Both the position numbers and the translations under genes were made by a program. Of a stretch of DNA of 64,000 bases, positions 20,892-29,847 are shown one piece after another (positions within the stretch are counted from its first letter, which is position 1; each line of letters starts with the position of its first letter). The stretch comes from Candidatus Hydrogenedentota bacterium (GTDB taxonomy: Bacteria > Hydrogenedentota > Hydrogenedentia > Hydrogenedentales > SLHB01): positions 1 through 64,000 of the forward strand of contig BTWA01000020.1 in NCBI GenBank assembly GCA_045863295.1. Reading direction: 5' to 3'. The notes beneath the pieces are model-generated. The model did no database searches, was not told where the DNA came from, and saw only the letters and a program-made list of their open reading frames with translations.

Positions 20892-21024
20892 ACAGGAATT
20901 TTCCAGCCTCCATTCGCAACAACTCCAGCTCGTCCAGGCGTTGTTCGGGGGTGCAGCTTCGCCAATATGCGCGATCCTTTTCCGCCTGTTCTTCATGCGT
21001 CGTTATAGTCAGCTTGAATCTCAT
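20839..21024 (-). CDS. 61-aa protein overlapping the nucleotidyltransferase (putative partner)
   Basis: DRAYWRSCTPEQRL...RLQRVVTI; its 3' end overlaps the NTase start by 53 nt. Confidence 0.65.
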   Translation of the reverse strand: MRFKLTITTHEEQAEKDRAYWRSCTPEQRLDELELLRMEAGKFLYEYPSRLQRVVTITRRE

Positions 21025-21161
21025 ACCCTGAAGTCTACCTTAGCGACTTAGAACAGACAAATTGCCGCGGGCATCCTTTGGCCCGCCGGAACGCGTGAAC
21101 GCGGCTTGATCGTGATTTCGCCACGCATTCACACTACAATCATTTGAGGGAGGTGCCTGTG

Positions 21162-22877
21162 ATGTCTTTGGTCCCCACGCCCATGCAATTTGCCTTTACG
21201 GCAGCCTTGTTTTTTACTTCCGGGTTCTACGCAACCGCCGCGCCGCCAACCCCTGCCTCCATAACGTTTCACAACCCCACGCGAGACCACCGGTTCTATC
21301 ACGCCGCTGTGAATCTGGCGCCCAGCAATCGCGCCTATACGGTCGAGACCGTCGAGGTCAACAATTACCCTGAAGTTTTCGTCGCCCTCGTGGATGGCGC
21401 CATTACGCAATACAATGGCACGCGCGTTGAACGCACCTGGAATGGCCGCATTCCCGAAGGCAAGCCCGCCACATTCATAGTGCGTTGCCCGTGGACAAAC
21501 GGCCAGAATATCGAAGTCGTGCTGCACGGCGCAGATCAGGAAACGAAAGATTCGTTCGAGTGCACCGTGCAAGGCGTCGCCCCCAACGAAGGCGGCTTTC
21601 CATTTCCCGGCTGGAAAGAACATCGCATCCTTTGTTTGGTCGAGACCTACGGCATTCCGCGGGAAAATGAGCCGTACCTGTTTTTCCTGTCCGATGAAGC
21701 ATCGCGCGTGAAATCATGGGAAAGAGAGCTTCGCATCGCGTTGTTCGACCCCGACTCCGGACGCGCCACCGAAATCCCCAGCCAGGTGCTCTACGAAAAA
21801 CGCCGCTTCGACACGCCCATGGAAGAAAAAGCGTATAGCACCTGCCAGGCGGCATTCCTGGCGAATGTGCCTTCCAATTCGGGCACGTGCTATCTGATCG
21901 CCTACGGCAATCCGGACGCGCCGGCAACGCAATACGAGACCGACCTGAAAGTACGTGGCGCAAGCGGCACCCCCCAGGAAACCAACTTTGGCGAGGTTGT
22001 GATCGACAACGCCTTCTACGAGATCCAACTCCACCATGCCAGCGGCCAACTCAACGGATTCACGTCCAAACAATTCGGCACAGGCACGAACCGCAAATTC
22101 GGGTATATGCCGGACAGCGGCTATCCCCTCCACTACAACCCCGACGTATGGGTGCGCAACCGCTCTTGGACCCACACCAAAGGTTGGAATCCGCCGCCCA
22201 AGATGCGCGTCGAAACCGGCCCCGTCGCCGTGGTCGTCCGCCGTTGGGGACACCTGCCCCGCGCCACGGAGATCGAAGTCGAAGTGGTCTACCACTTTTT
22301 CAGCAATACGCCCTATGTCCTCGTCGAATCCACCATGGACGTGATGCAGGATGTCGTCGTAAACGCCCTGCGCAACGAAGAAGTCGTCTTCTCGCCGTCC
22401 ACGGAGGTCGATCACGCCGGCTGGATGCGCACCACAGGCGAAATCGGGTACAAACCCGTCGTGCAGGAAGAAGGCCTCACCCCCGGCATGATCCAAATCC
22501 TTGAAGCCGACGCCCCCTTCGTATGCCTCACGCGCGAAACCGACGGACTCGGCATGGCCAGTATCCGACTCAGCCAGCACGCCGGCAGCCGTGGCGACCA
22601 ATCACCCGTCGTCGCCAACACCATGACCGTCCTCGCCGACTATGGCTGGGACTTCCGCTACTGGAGCCGATCCCTCATCTACCCCTGGGGCGATTTTCAC
22701 GAAGACCGCCCCACCATCGCCAATGCAGGCACCTACTACGGCGAACGCAGCGCGTATTGCCTGTTCCCGCTGGGCGAAGGCGAAGCACCCGAAGCCCGCT
22801 TGAAGTATCTCGCGGACTTGCACAACCGGTTCACGCACCCGCTACGGATCGACCACCAAGGCGCGGGACCGTGGTAG
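21162..22877 (+). CDS. Secreted hypothetical protein, possible beta-supersandwich C-terminal domain
   Basis: GAGGGAGG RBS, signal peptide, long ORF with strong codon bias; IDNAFYEIQL and ETGPVAVVVRR resemble galactose-mutarotase-like sandwiches. Confidence 0.7.
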   Translation: MSLVPTPMQFAFTAALFFTSGFYATAAPPTPASITFHNPTRDHRFYHAAVNLAPSNRAYTVETVEVNNYPEVFVALVDGAITQYNGTRVERTWNGRIPEGKPATFIVRCPWTNGQNIEVVLHGADQETKDSFECTVQGVAPNEGGFPFPGWKEHRILCLVETYGIPRENEPYLFFLSDEASRVKSWERELRIALFDPDSGRATEIPSQVLYEKRRFDTPMEEKAYSTCQAAFLANVPSNSGTCYLIAYGNPDAPATQYETDLKVRGASGTPQETNFGEVVIDNAFYEIQLHHASGQLNGFTSKQFGTGTNRKFGYMPDSGYPLHYNPDVWVRNRSWTHTKGWNPPPKMRVETGPVAVVVRRWGHLPRATEIEVEVVYHFFSNTPYVLVESTMDVMQDVVVNALRNEEVVFSPSTEVDHAGWMRTTGEIGYKPVVQEEGLTPGMIQILEADAPFVCLTRETDGLGMASIRLSQHAGSRGDQSPVVANTMTVLADYGWDFRYWSRSLIYPWGDFHEDRPTIANAGTYYGERSAYCLFPLGEGEAPEARLKYLADLHNRFTHPLRIDHQGAGPW

Positions 22878-22900
22878 CGCAACAACATGCAAGACCGAAT

Positions 22901-23063
22901 TTGGACTGCGGCAGCCGCGACGCCGCTTTAGTACGATTCGCACATGGCAGCGGAAACGAAACTGTAACCCTGCGTATGCAAATCAGACTTACGATCAACA
23001 GGCAAATGAAACCAATCGGTAGACTTCAGATACCAAAGCTCCGTCTCGGCCGTCGCACTCCAA
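22901..23063. repeat. Inverted pair of degenerate ~31-nt REP-like elements (family B)
   Basis: 22901-22931 TTGGACTGCGGCAGCCGCGACGCCGCTTTAG aligns to the reverse complement of 23033-23063 (TTGGAGTGCGACGGCCGAGACGGAGCTTTGG). Confidence 0.65.
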
Positions 23064-23100
23064 GATAGGCCAATTCGTATCAACCAACGCATGCATCGTT

Positions 23101-23194
23101 TTCCGGCCTGAAAGGCCAAAACATGATAGCCCAGGGCAACGCCCTGGGTTAACGAAAACTCATCCCCCCAATACGCCCTGTAAGGGCAAAACAA
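23101..23194 (+). repeat. REP-like unit A1 (three hairpins)
   Basis: GGCCTGAAAGGCC-AAAACA-TGATAG-CCCAGGGCAACGCCCTGGG-spacer-GCCCTGTAAGGGC-AAAACA; abuts the transposase stop codon. Confidence 0.9.
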
Positions 23195-23200
23195 AAAGTA

Positions 23201-23653
23201 TCAATCCCACACCGTGGCCTCGTCATATTTCATGCGATACCGTTTCAAAAATAACCTAAACTCATCTTGGAACGACAACTTGCGATGATGCTCTTCCTGC
23301 CCTTCGATGTATGCCCGAACACGTGCCACCTGTGACTGGCCAATCGAAAACGCACCGTATCCGTTCTGCCAATGAAAACAGTCAAGGCGGCTGTCCTGCG
23401 TCTTTATCCATTTGGACGATCCCTTTTTCAATGCCTCAACCACATCGCATAAAGCGCAATTTTTTGACAGGACGAACAGGGTATGAACATGGTCCAACGC
23501 GCCCCCAATAACGATGGCCGGACAATCCAGTTTCTGAAGAATTCCTGCTTGATAGGCAAACAGTTTTGGACGTAAGAGAGCGGACAAACTCGCATCACGA
23601 TTCTTTGTGCTGTAAATGAGGTGGATAAGATTCATCGCCAACGATTGCGCCAT
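23201..23653 (-). mobile_element. tnpA: IS200/IS605-superfamily Y1 HUH transposase, probably REP-associated (RAYT-like)
   Basis: IHLIYSTKNR, HUH motif DHVH, KKGSSKWI, WQNGYGAFS, catalytic YIEGQEEHH; no tnpB; flanked by inverted REP units. Confidence 0.9.
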
Positions 23654-23665
23654 GATTTCGAACCC

Positions 23666-23755
23666 TTGTTTCGCCCTTACAGGGCTGAGAAAACGTTACG
23701 TTCCAGTCTACCCAGGGCGTTGCCCTGGGCTATCATGTTTGGGCCCTCCGGGCCG
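23666..23755 (-). repeat. REP-like unit A2 (inverted relative to A1 and A3)
   Basis: TGTTTCGCCCTTACAGGGC...CCCAGGGCGTTGCCCTGGGCTATCATGTTTGGGCCCTCCGGGCC is the reverse complement of unit A1. Confidence 0.9.
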
Positions 23756-23994
23756 CGACGATACTTCCCGCAAAGTGCGCAGAATGACCTTAAGAACACC
23801 GTCCATTTAGGCGTTAAATCGTTTAGGTGACCGCGTTTCACAAGAATCACAACGCTCTGCCGCCCGCGATCAACGGCCGTCGGGTCTGCAAGGCCGAAGC
23901 GTAAACGCAAACCGTCACCTAGGTATACGATCTAAGGCCACGATGGGCACGTTTCGCAAAGTCCAACCACCCTGCGCCTCCGTGGCCAAAGGCT

Positions 23995-24090
23995 TTCCGG
24001 CCTGAAAGGCCAAAACAGGATAGCCCAGGGCAACGCCCTGGGGTACCAACCACACATCTAGTCCCCATTCGCCCAGTAAGGGCAATACAT
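23995..24090 (+). repeat. REP-like unit A3
   Basis: TTCCGGCCTGAAAGGCCAAAACAGGATAGCCCAGGGCAACGCCCTGGG...GCCCAGTAAGGGCAATACA. Confidence 0.9.
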
Positions 24091-24096
24091 TTCCCG

Positions 24097-24399
24097 TCAT
24101 CGCAACACCCATGCAAATGTCCAAAACCCCAAACCATTCGTGGCAACGCACACAGCCACGCGCAAGACCGGAATGACTACGAGATAGGAATCATCCAAAG
24201 CACTGGTGACTCTCGATCGAAATAACCAAAACATAACCGACCATAGGACAGCCAAGCCAACGCCAAAGATGATACCGTTTCCAACCGCATTAGCCCGCTG
24301 AGTCTCGGCCGCGAACCCCAAGACGATGCCAGAACCCGCGCTCACGGCAATCCACCTATATGGCGGAAACTTACGCACTCCAGATTTGCCGATGTTCAT
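24097..24399 (-). CDS. Small membrane protein, hypothetical
   Basis: 100 aa with about three hydrophobic segments; ends just before REP unit A3. Confidence 0.55.
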   Translation of the reverse strand: MNIGKSGVRKFPPYRWIAVSAGSGIVLGFAAETQRANAVGNGIIFGVGLAVLWSVMFWLFRSRVTSALDDSYLVVIPVLRVAVCVATNGLGFWTFAWVLR

Positions 24400-24441
24400 G
24401 CTATTAACCTTTTGAATCGATGCCAGCCATTTGCACTGTGC

Positions 24442-24960
24442 TCACTGTGCTCGACAAATCGTGATGTCTCCACAGTCAATTCGGCGCGCCGCATCACCAC
24501 CACTATCGGTCTCATTAGGTAGTCGTTTGCTCGCCGGTTCGAATCCATCTTTCACAAAAAGGAGTATGTACTCGTGCGGTTGATAGTTGCCGCGTTCAAC
24601 TTCTGCTACAGCATCTTCGATCATTGCTTCCGATCCGTTCCCGGTTGCTTTCACAGTAATGCACTCGCCATAACTAACATCAAATGTGAAATCGCCGTCG
24701 ACGCCGCTTTCTCCGAGCAGCCGGCTGGCAGGTTGTGTACCGTGGTCACTCTCCAAGTAAGTCAGCAACAACACATCCACCCCCGGCAGACCGTTGCCTT
24801 CCTCATCACACAAGTGTCCGAAAAGCTGGTACGATATTTGGTACGTTAGATAGACGTTATGGGATTCCGTGGAAGACGCCGTATTACGTGTCGCACAGCC
24901 CTGAGCAAGAATGACGAGCGCGACAACCGCAAAGGCCAATACGTGACGGCAAAGCCTCAT
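24442..24960 (-). CDS. Hypothetical lipoprotein with prealbumin/carboxypeptidase-regulatory-like domain
   Basis: GGGAGG RBS, lipobox LAQGC; GHLCDEEGNGLPGVDV, DGDFTF, FVKDGFEP. Confidence 0.65.
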   Translation of the reverse strand: MRLCRHVLAFAVVALVILAQGCATRNTASSTESHNVYLTYQISYQLFGHLCDEEGNGLPGVDVLLLTYLESDHGTQPASRLLGESGVDGDFTFDVSYGECITVKATGNGSEAMIEDAVAEVERGNYQPHEYILLFVKDGFEPASKRLPNETDSGGDAARRIDCGDITICRAQ

Positions 24961-25144
24961 GGCAATTACCTCCCTGTCGCCTCTAGACCCCGTACCTCGC
25001 GCCGAAGTTACCCGGACAATACCAAAATCCACTCCCTATTTGACCCTCCTGGCCCCCTTTCCGGTATACTCTTGAATCCGGAGGCCGTTGATTCCTCCGG
25101 ATGCTTTCAAAACCCAGGCATTCGAGGTGGAGTCTTCCCGTCCC

Positions 25145-26650
25145 ATGGCCCAGTATTTTAACGAAACGTCCCGCACGTTCAGCGAATATCTGCTGATCCC
25201 CAATAAAACGACCAAAGACTGTATACCCCAGAACGTCAGCCTGCGGACGCCCCTGACCAAGCACAAGCCCGGCGATCCCCATCTACACCTGAACATCCCC
25301 TTTGCCTCCGCCATCATGCAGGCCGTCTCCGACGACACCATGGCGATCGCCCTGGCCCGCTGCGGCGGCATCTCGTTCGTATTCGGCTCCCAATCCATCG
25401 AATCCCAGGCGGAAATGGTACGCCGTGTGAAAAAATTCAAGGCGGGCTTCGTCACCAGCGACGCGAACCTCCGGGCCGACTCCACCATCGCCGACGTCGT
25501 CACGCTGCTGGAAACCGTGGGCCATTCCACCATGCCGGTGACCGAGGACGGCACGCCCAACGGCAAGCTGATGGGCATCCTCACCAGCCGCGACTACCGC
25601 CTGAACAAGTGCGACCCCGGCGACCCGGTAAGCAAGTTCATGACCCCCTTCTCCAAGCTTGTCTACGGCGAGGAAGGCATCTCGCTCAGCGACGCCAACG
25701 AGCAGATCTGGGATCACAAGCTCAACTGCCTGCCCATCATCGACAAAAAGCAGCGCCTTGTTGCGCTCGTCTTCCGCAAAGACTACGACGACCACAAAGA
25801 AAATCCAGACGAACTGGTGGACGATCACAAGCAACTGGTCGTGGGCGCGGGCATCAATTCGCGCGACTTCCAGGAACGCGTGCCCGCGCTGATCGAAGCC
25901 GGCGCTGACATCCTGTGCGTGGATTCGTCCGACGGATTTTCCGAATGGCAATACGACACCATTCGCAACATCAAGAGACAATTCGGCGATCAGGTCAAAG
26001 TCGGCGGCGGCAATGTGGTTGAAGAAGAAGGCTTTCGCTACCTCGTGGAAGCCGGTGCGGACTTCGTAAAGGTCGGTATCGGCCCCGCCTCGATCTGCAT
26101 CACGCGCGAACAAAAAGGCATCGGCCGCGGTCAGGCCACTTCCCTGATCGACGTGGCGCGCGCGCGCGACAAGTACATGAAGGAAACGGGCGTCTACGTG
26201 CCGCTATGTTCCGACGGCGGCATCGTGATGGACTACCACGTGGTCCTCGCCCTCGCCATGGGCGCCGACTTCGTCATGCAGGGCCGCTATTTCGCACGGT
26301 TCGATGAAGCCCCCGGCCGCCGCATCCGCATTCGCGGCAGCTACATGAAAGAATACTGGGGCGAAGGGTCCGATCGCGCGCGCAACTGGCAACGCTATGA
26401 TATGGGCGGAAAGACCGGTCTCACTTTCGAAGAAGGCGTCGACGCCTACGTGCCCTATGCCGGCCGCCTTAAGGACAACCTCGACCTCACCGTCAGCAAA
26501 ATAAAATCGACCATGTGCAACTGCGGCTCGCTCACCATCCGGCAATTGCATGAAACCGCCCGCATCACCGTCGTCTCCGCGACCAGCATCCGCGAAGGCG
26601 GCGCGCACGACGTGCTGCTCAAGGAAAGCGATTTCGCCACTGAGCCGTGA
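25145..26650 (+). CDS. guaB: Inosine-5'-monophosphate dehydrogenase with CBS pair
   Basis: [21 protein letters not shown] region, [43 protein letters not shown]. Confidence 0.95.
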   Translation: MAQYFNETSRTFSEYLLIPNKTTKDCIPQNVSLRTPLTKHKPGDPHLHLNIPFASAIMQAVSDDTMAIALARCGGISFVFGSQSIESQAEMVRRVKKFKAGFVTSDANLRADSTIADVVTLLETVGHSTMPVTEDGTPNGKLMGILTSRDYRLNKCDPGDPVSKFMTPFSKLVYGEEGISLSDANEQIWDHKLNCLPIIDKKQRLVALVFRKDYDDHKENPDELVDDHKQLVVGAGINSRDFQERVPALIEAGADILCVDSSDGFSEWQYDTIRNIKRQFGDQVKVGGGNVVEEEGFRYLVEAGADFVKVGIGPASICITREQKGIGRGQATSLIDVARARDKYMKETGVYVPLCSDGGIVMDYHVVLALAMGADFVMQGRYFARFDEAPGRRIRIRGSYMKEYWGEGSDRARNWQRYDMGGKTGLTFEEGVDAYVPYAGRLKDNLDLTVSKIKSTMCNCGSLTIRQLHETARITVVSATSIREGGAHDVLLKESDFATEP

Positions 26651-26676
26651 CGGGATTTTGTTCAGGGGAGTCCGGT

Positions 26677-27717
26677 ATGTCGATGATCCGTCTGCCAAAG
26701 GCCGCAAGGGCCGTTGCCGCCGCAATCCTTATCACCGTTTGCGGTGCATTCGCGCAAGATTTCCCCAAACCGGTTCACACCGGCATCCACGGACTCATAC
26801 CGCAAAGATTCGACACGTACGACGTCATTCTCGAACCCGACAAAAACGAACCCGAATGGTGGGCTGGCGCGCCGAGCGTTGTGCGCGGCGACGACGGTGT
26901 GTTCTGGCTGGCCGCGCGCATGCGCAGCCCGGATCAGCCCCGAGGCTTGCGCGGATACGAAATCCGAATCCTCCGCAGCGACGACGGCATCCACTTCACC
27001 AAAGCCCTGAGCATTCACCGAGACGACGTGCCCATCCCCGGTTTCGAACGCCCGGCGCTCGTCATCGATCCCGCCTCGCGGAAATTCAAACTGTATGCAT
27101 GCGGCCCATGGCAAAATGGCCCATGGTCTATCGTCAAGTTTGCCGATGCGGAATCTCCGGACTCGATCGATCCAAAATCCGCGCATCCAGTCATCCAGGC
27201 GCCTGCACGCGAATACGATCGCGACGTGCGCGTGCATGAATTCAAGGACCCTGTCATTATCCAAGCGGGCGGTAAATACCACGCCTATATGATCGGCTAC
27301 GTGCGTCAGAATGAACGCATTTATCACTACGAAAGCGTGGACGGCGAATCGTGGTCGCCTGCCGGCGAACCTTACGCCGCGGTGATGGACCTCACGGGTT
27401 GGCACGACTTCTTTGTGCGCCCCTCCAGCATCCTCCCCGTCGGCGCAGGCTATCTGTTTGTTTACGAAGGCTCCAGCACCACCTGGCGCGATCCCGTCTA
27501 CAACATCGCAACGGGAATCGCCTTCACCTTCGACCTCCATACGATAACCGATTTGACCCCCGGCGAGCCCCTCGTCTTCAGCACCACCCCCAGCGAGCAT
27601 TTCATCACATGGCGATACTCAACCTGGCTCCACGTCAACGACGAGATCTGGGTCTACGCCGAAGTCACGCGCCCCAACCAGTCCCACGAAATCCGGCTGT
27701 TCCGGCTGGAACCGTGA
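26677..27717 (+). CDS. Secreted beta-propeller glycoside hydrolase-like protein (GH43/GH32 clan-like)
   Basis: Signal peptide; WAGAPSV, RSDDGIHF, FERPAL, FKDPVII, SVDGESW, FVRPSS. Confidence 0.65.
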   Translation: MSMIRLPKAARAVAAAILITVCGAFAQDFPKPVHTGIHGLIPQRFDTYDVILEPDKNEPEWWAGAPSVVRGDDGVFWLAARMRSPDQPRGLRGYEIRILRSDDGIHFTKALSIHRDDVPIPGFERPALVIDPASRKFKLYACGPWQNGPWSIVKFADAESPDSIDPKSAHPVIQAPAREYDRDVRVHEFKDPVIIQAGGKYHAYMIGYVRQNERIYHYESVDGESWSPAGEPYAAVMDLTGWHDFFVRPSSILPVGAGYLFVYEGSSTTWRDPVYNIATGIAFTFDLHTITDLTPGEPLVFSTTPSEHFITWRYSTWLHVNDEIWVYAEVTRPNQSHEIRLFRLEP

Positions 27718-27863
27718 GTGGAAGTGACGGCCATCAATCGACTGTGTGTCAACGTCACAATGCGTTTCCATGGTACCCCCCAACTCTTGAACGCCCCGTT
27801 ACCCAATTCTGATATGCTTCTACCAATCCAGTTCCAATCAGAAGCGGGACGCCAATTTCCATC

Positions 27864-29675
27864 ATGGCCCAATCATTGACTCGCCGCATCCTGATCCGGC
27901 CGTGCTGGCTGGTATATCCGGCGCTGTTTCTACTCGTCGCGGGCATCTACAGCCAAACCATCCACTTCGAGTTTCTCAATTACGACGACAACCTCTACGT
28001 GACACAAAACGACCATGTGCAACGTGGCCTGTCTGTTGCCAACATCCTATGGGCGCTCCAGGAACAAGGCCCGGGGTCCTGGCATCCACTAACGCTGATT
28101 TCCCACATGACCGATGTGTCCCTGTTCGGAATGAAGCCGGGCGCGCATCACGCGGTAAATGTCTTCTTCCACGGCCTCAACGCCGCGTTGCTATTGTTCG
28201 CGTTGCACCGCCTCACCGGAGACTTCTGGCCAAGCGCGGCCACGGCGGCCTTGTTCGCGGCACACCCGTTGCGCGTCGAATCTGTTGCGTGGATTGCAGA
28301 ACGCAAAGACGTATTGAGTGCCTTCTTCTGGATACTCGGCCTTATCGCCTATGCCTCGTACGCACGCAAGCCCGGCCTCCTGCGCTATACCGCCGTGCTG
28401 GGCGCATTTGTCCTCGGACTGATGGCCAAGCCCATGGTGGTCACGTTTCCCTGTGTCCTGCTGTTGTTGGATGTCTGGCCTCTCCGCCGCATACCCTGCG
28501 AAGAACGGCCCAACTACAAACAGGCCACCCGGCTCGTTTTGGAAAAGCTACCGCTGTTTGCCTGCGCGGCCGCCGTGGCGCTGCTCACGGTCGCTGTTCA
28601 GGCGGACGAAAAAGCCGTAAGCTCACTTGACAAACTCGCATTGTCGATTCGCGTCAACAACGCGCTCGTCTCCTATGTCGACTACGCCCGCCTCAGCGTC
28701 TGGCCGTCGGGACTCTGCGGCTTCTATCCACACCCGCTCGATTCATTATCGGGTTCGCGGATTGCGGTTGCCGTTGCGATACTCGTTGCCGTTTCACTGG
28801 CAACGATGGCGTTGGTTCGCAAAGCACCCTATTGGTTTACGGGCTGGTTCTGGTTTCTCGGCACGCTCGTCCCTGTCATTGGCATTGTGCAGGTGGGCAC
28901 GCAAGCCATGGCGGATCGCTATTCGTACATCCCCCAAATCGGTCTCATTGTCGCAGTCTGCTGGACCCTGCACGCGCTCACCAACGCGAAACCCTGGCGC
29001 ATCGCCGTCGCCGCACTGGCGGTGATTGCCGCCGTGTCGGCTCTGAGCATCGCCGCGCACCGGCAGACGGTTCACTGGCGGAACAGCGAGGCCCTCTTCA
29101 GCCGCGCCCTCGCCGTTACAGAAAACAACGCGCTCGCCCACTTCGGTATCGCGCAGGTGCACTACGATCGCGGCAACGACGAAACCGCCGTCAATCATCT
29201 CCGCCAGACACTCGCCATCGATCCGACGTGGGCCGAGGCCTACACCCAACTCGGGATCATCGCGGAGCGGTATGGCAATACCGATACCGCCAAGGCGAAT
29301 TACGAGACCGCCCTTCAGTTGGACCCGGACGAAGTTCGCGCCCTCATCAATCTGGGCGTATTGTTGCTTCGCGAAGGCAACACCCAACGGGCCTACAGCC
29401 TGCTCTACCGCGCGTACGAAATCGCCCCCGGCAACCCCGAAATATCCCTCAACATCAGCGGCGTGCTGCTCGTGGAAAAACGGTTCGAGGAAGCCTTGGC
29501 CTACCTCGACGCCGCCACGCGACGCTGGCCGGACCATGCAAATCTGCACGTCAACCGGGGTGTGGCCCTTCGTCAATTGGGACAAGCCGCCGCGGCTCAA
29601 GCGGCGTTTGACCAAGCCCTCGCACTCGACCCGGACAACGCCGATGCCAAACGAAACCTTGGCCTCGCCGAGTGA
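27864..29675 (+). CDS. TMTC-like GT-C membrane protein with C-terminal TPRs
   Basis: FLNYDDNLYV (DD), WHPLT, HHAVNVFFH, LFAAHPLRVESVAWIAERKDVL, ADRYSYIP, W...LF, then several TPRs. Confidence 0.88.
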   Translation: MAQSLTRRILIRPCWLVYPALFLLVAGIYSQTIHFEFLNYDDNLYVTQNDHVQRGLSVANILWALQEQGPGSWHPLTLISHMTDVSLFGMKPGAHHAVNVFFHGLNAALLLFALHRLTGDFWPSAATAALFAAHPLRVESVAWIAERKDVLSAFFWILGLIAYASYARKPGLLRYTAVLGAFVLGLMAKPMVVTFPCVLLLLDVWPLRRIPCEERPNYKQATRLVLEKLPLFACAAAVALLTVAVQADEKAVSSLDKLALSIRVNNALVSYVDYARLSVWPSGLCGFYPHPLDSLSGSRIAVAVAILVAVSLATMALVRKAPYWFTGWFWFLGTLVPVIGIVQVGTQAMADRYSYIPQIGLIVAVCWTLHALTNAKPWRIAVAALAVIAAVSALSIAAHRQTVHWRNSEALFSRALAVTENNALAHFGIAQVHYDRGNDETAVNHLRQTLAIDPTWAEAYTQLGIIAERYGNTDTAKANYETALQLDPDEVRALINLGVLLLREGNTQRAYSLLYRAYEIAPGNPEISLNISGVLLVEKRFEEALAYLDAATRRWPDHANLHVNRGVALRQLGQAAAAQAAFDQALALDPDNADAKRNLGLAE

Positions 29676-29847
29676 CCCCAATCTGTCACCTTTTCGCGCG
29701 CTCACACGTTCTATCAGGGATGATCGGCTTGATGCCGCTGGGGTATTCTTGTCCACTTGATACGCACGCATCGGCCCGTGTCCCGGCAATGAAAAAAGAA
29801 GCGGCGGCAACCGGCGATTTTGCCGCCTAATCGAACGGGTTGTACTT

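Noticed and set aside
23774..23819. dif-like half sites (AGTGCGCAGAA and GTTAAAT)
   Set aside because: Spacing is far from the 11-6-11 layout of dif.
23101..24090. REP units as a CRISPR array
   Set aside because: Mixed orientations, irregular spacing and no cas genes.
24533..24550. GGTTCGAATCC tRNA T-loop-like sequence
   Set aside because: The T-stem does not pair, no cloverleaf forms, and it lies inside a CDS.
24090..24960. Integron cassettes for the two orphan genes
   Set aside because: No convincing RYYYAAC...GTTRRRY attC folds and no integrase.
29792..29827. Hairpin GGCGGCAA / TTGCCGCC preceded by an A-run
   Set aside because: Its terminator polarity is for the minus strand, where no gene ends; function unsupported.
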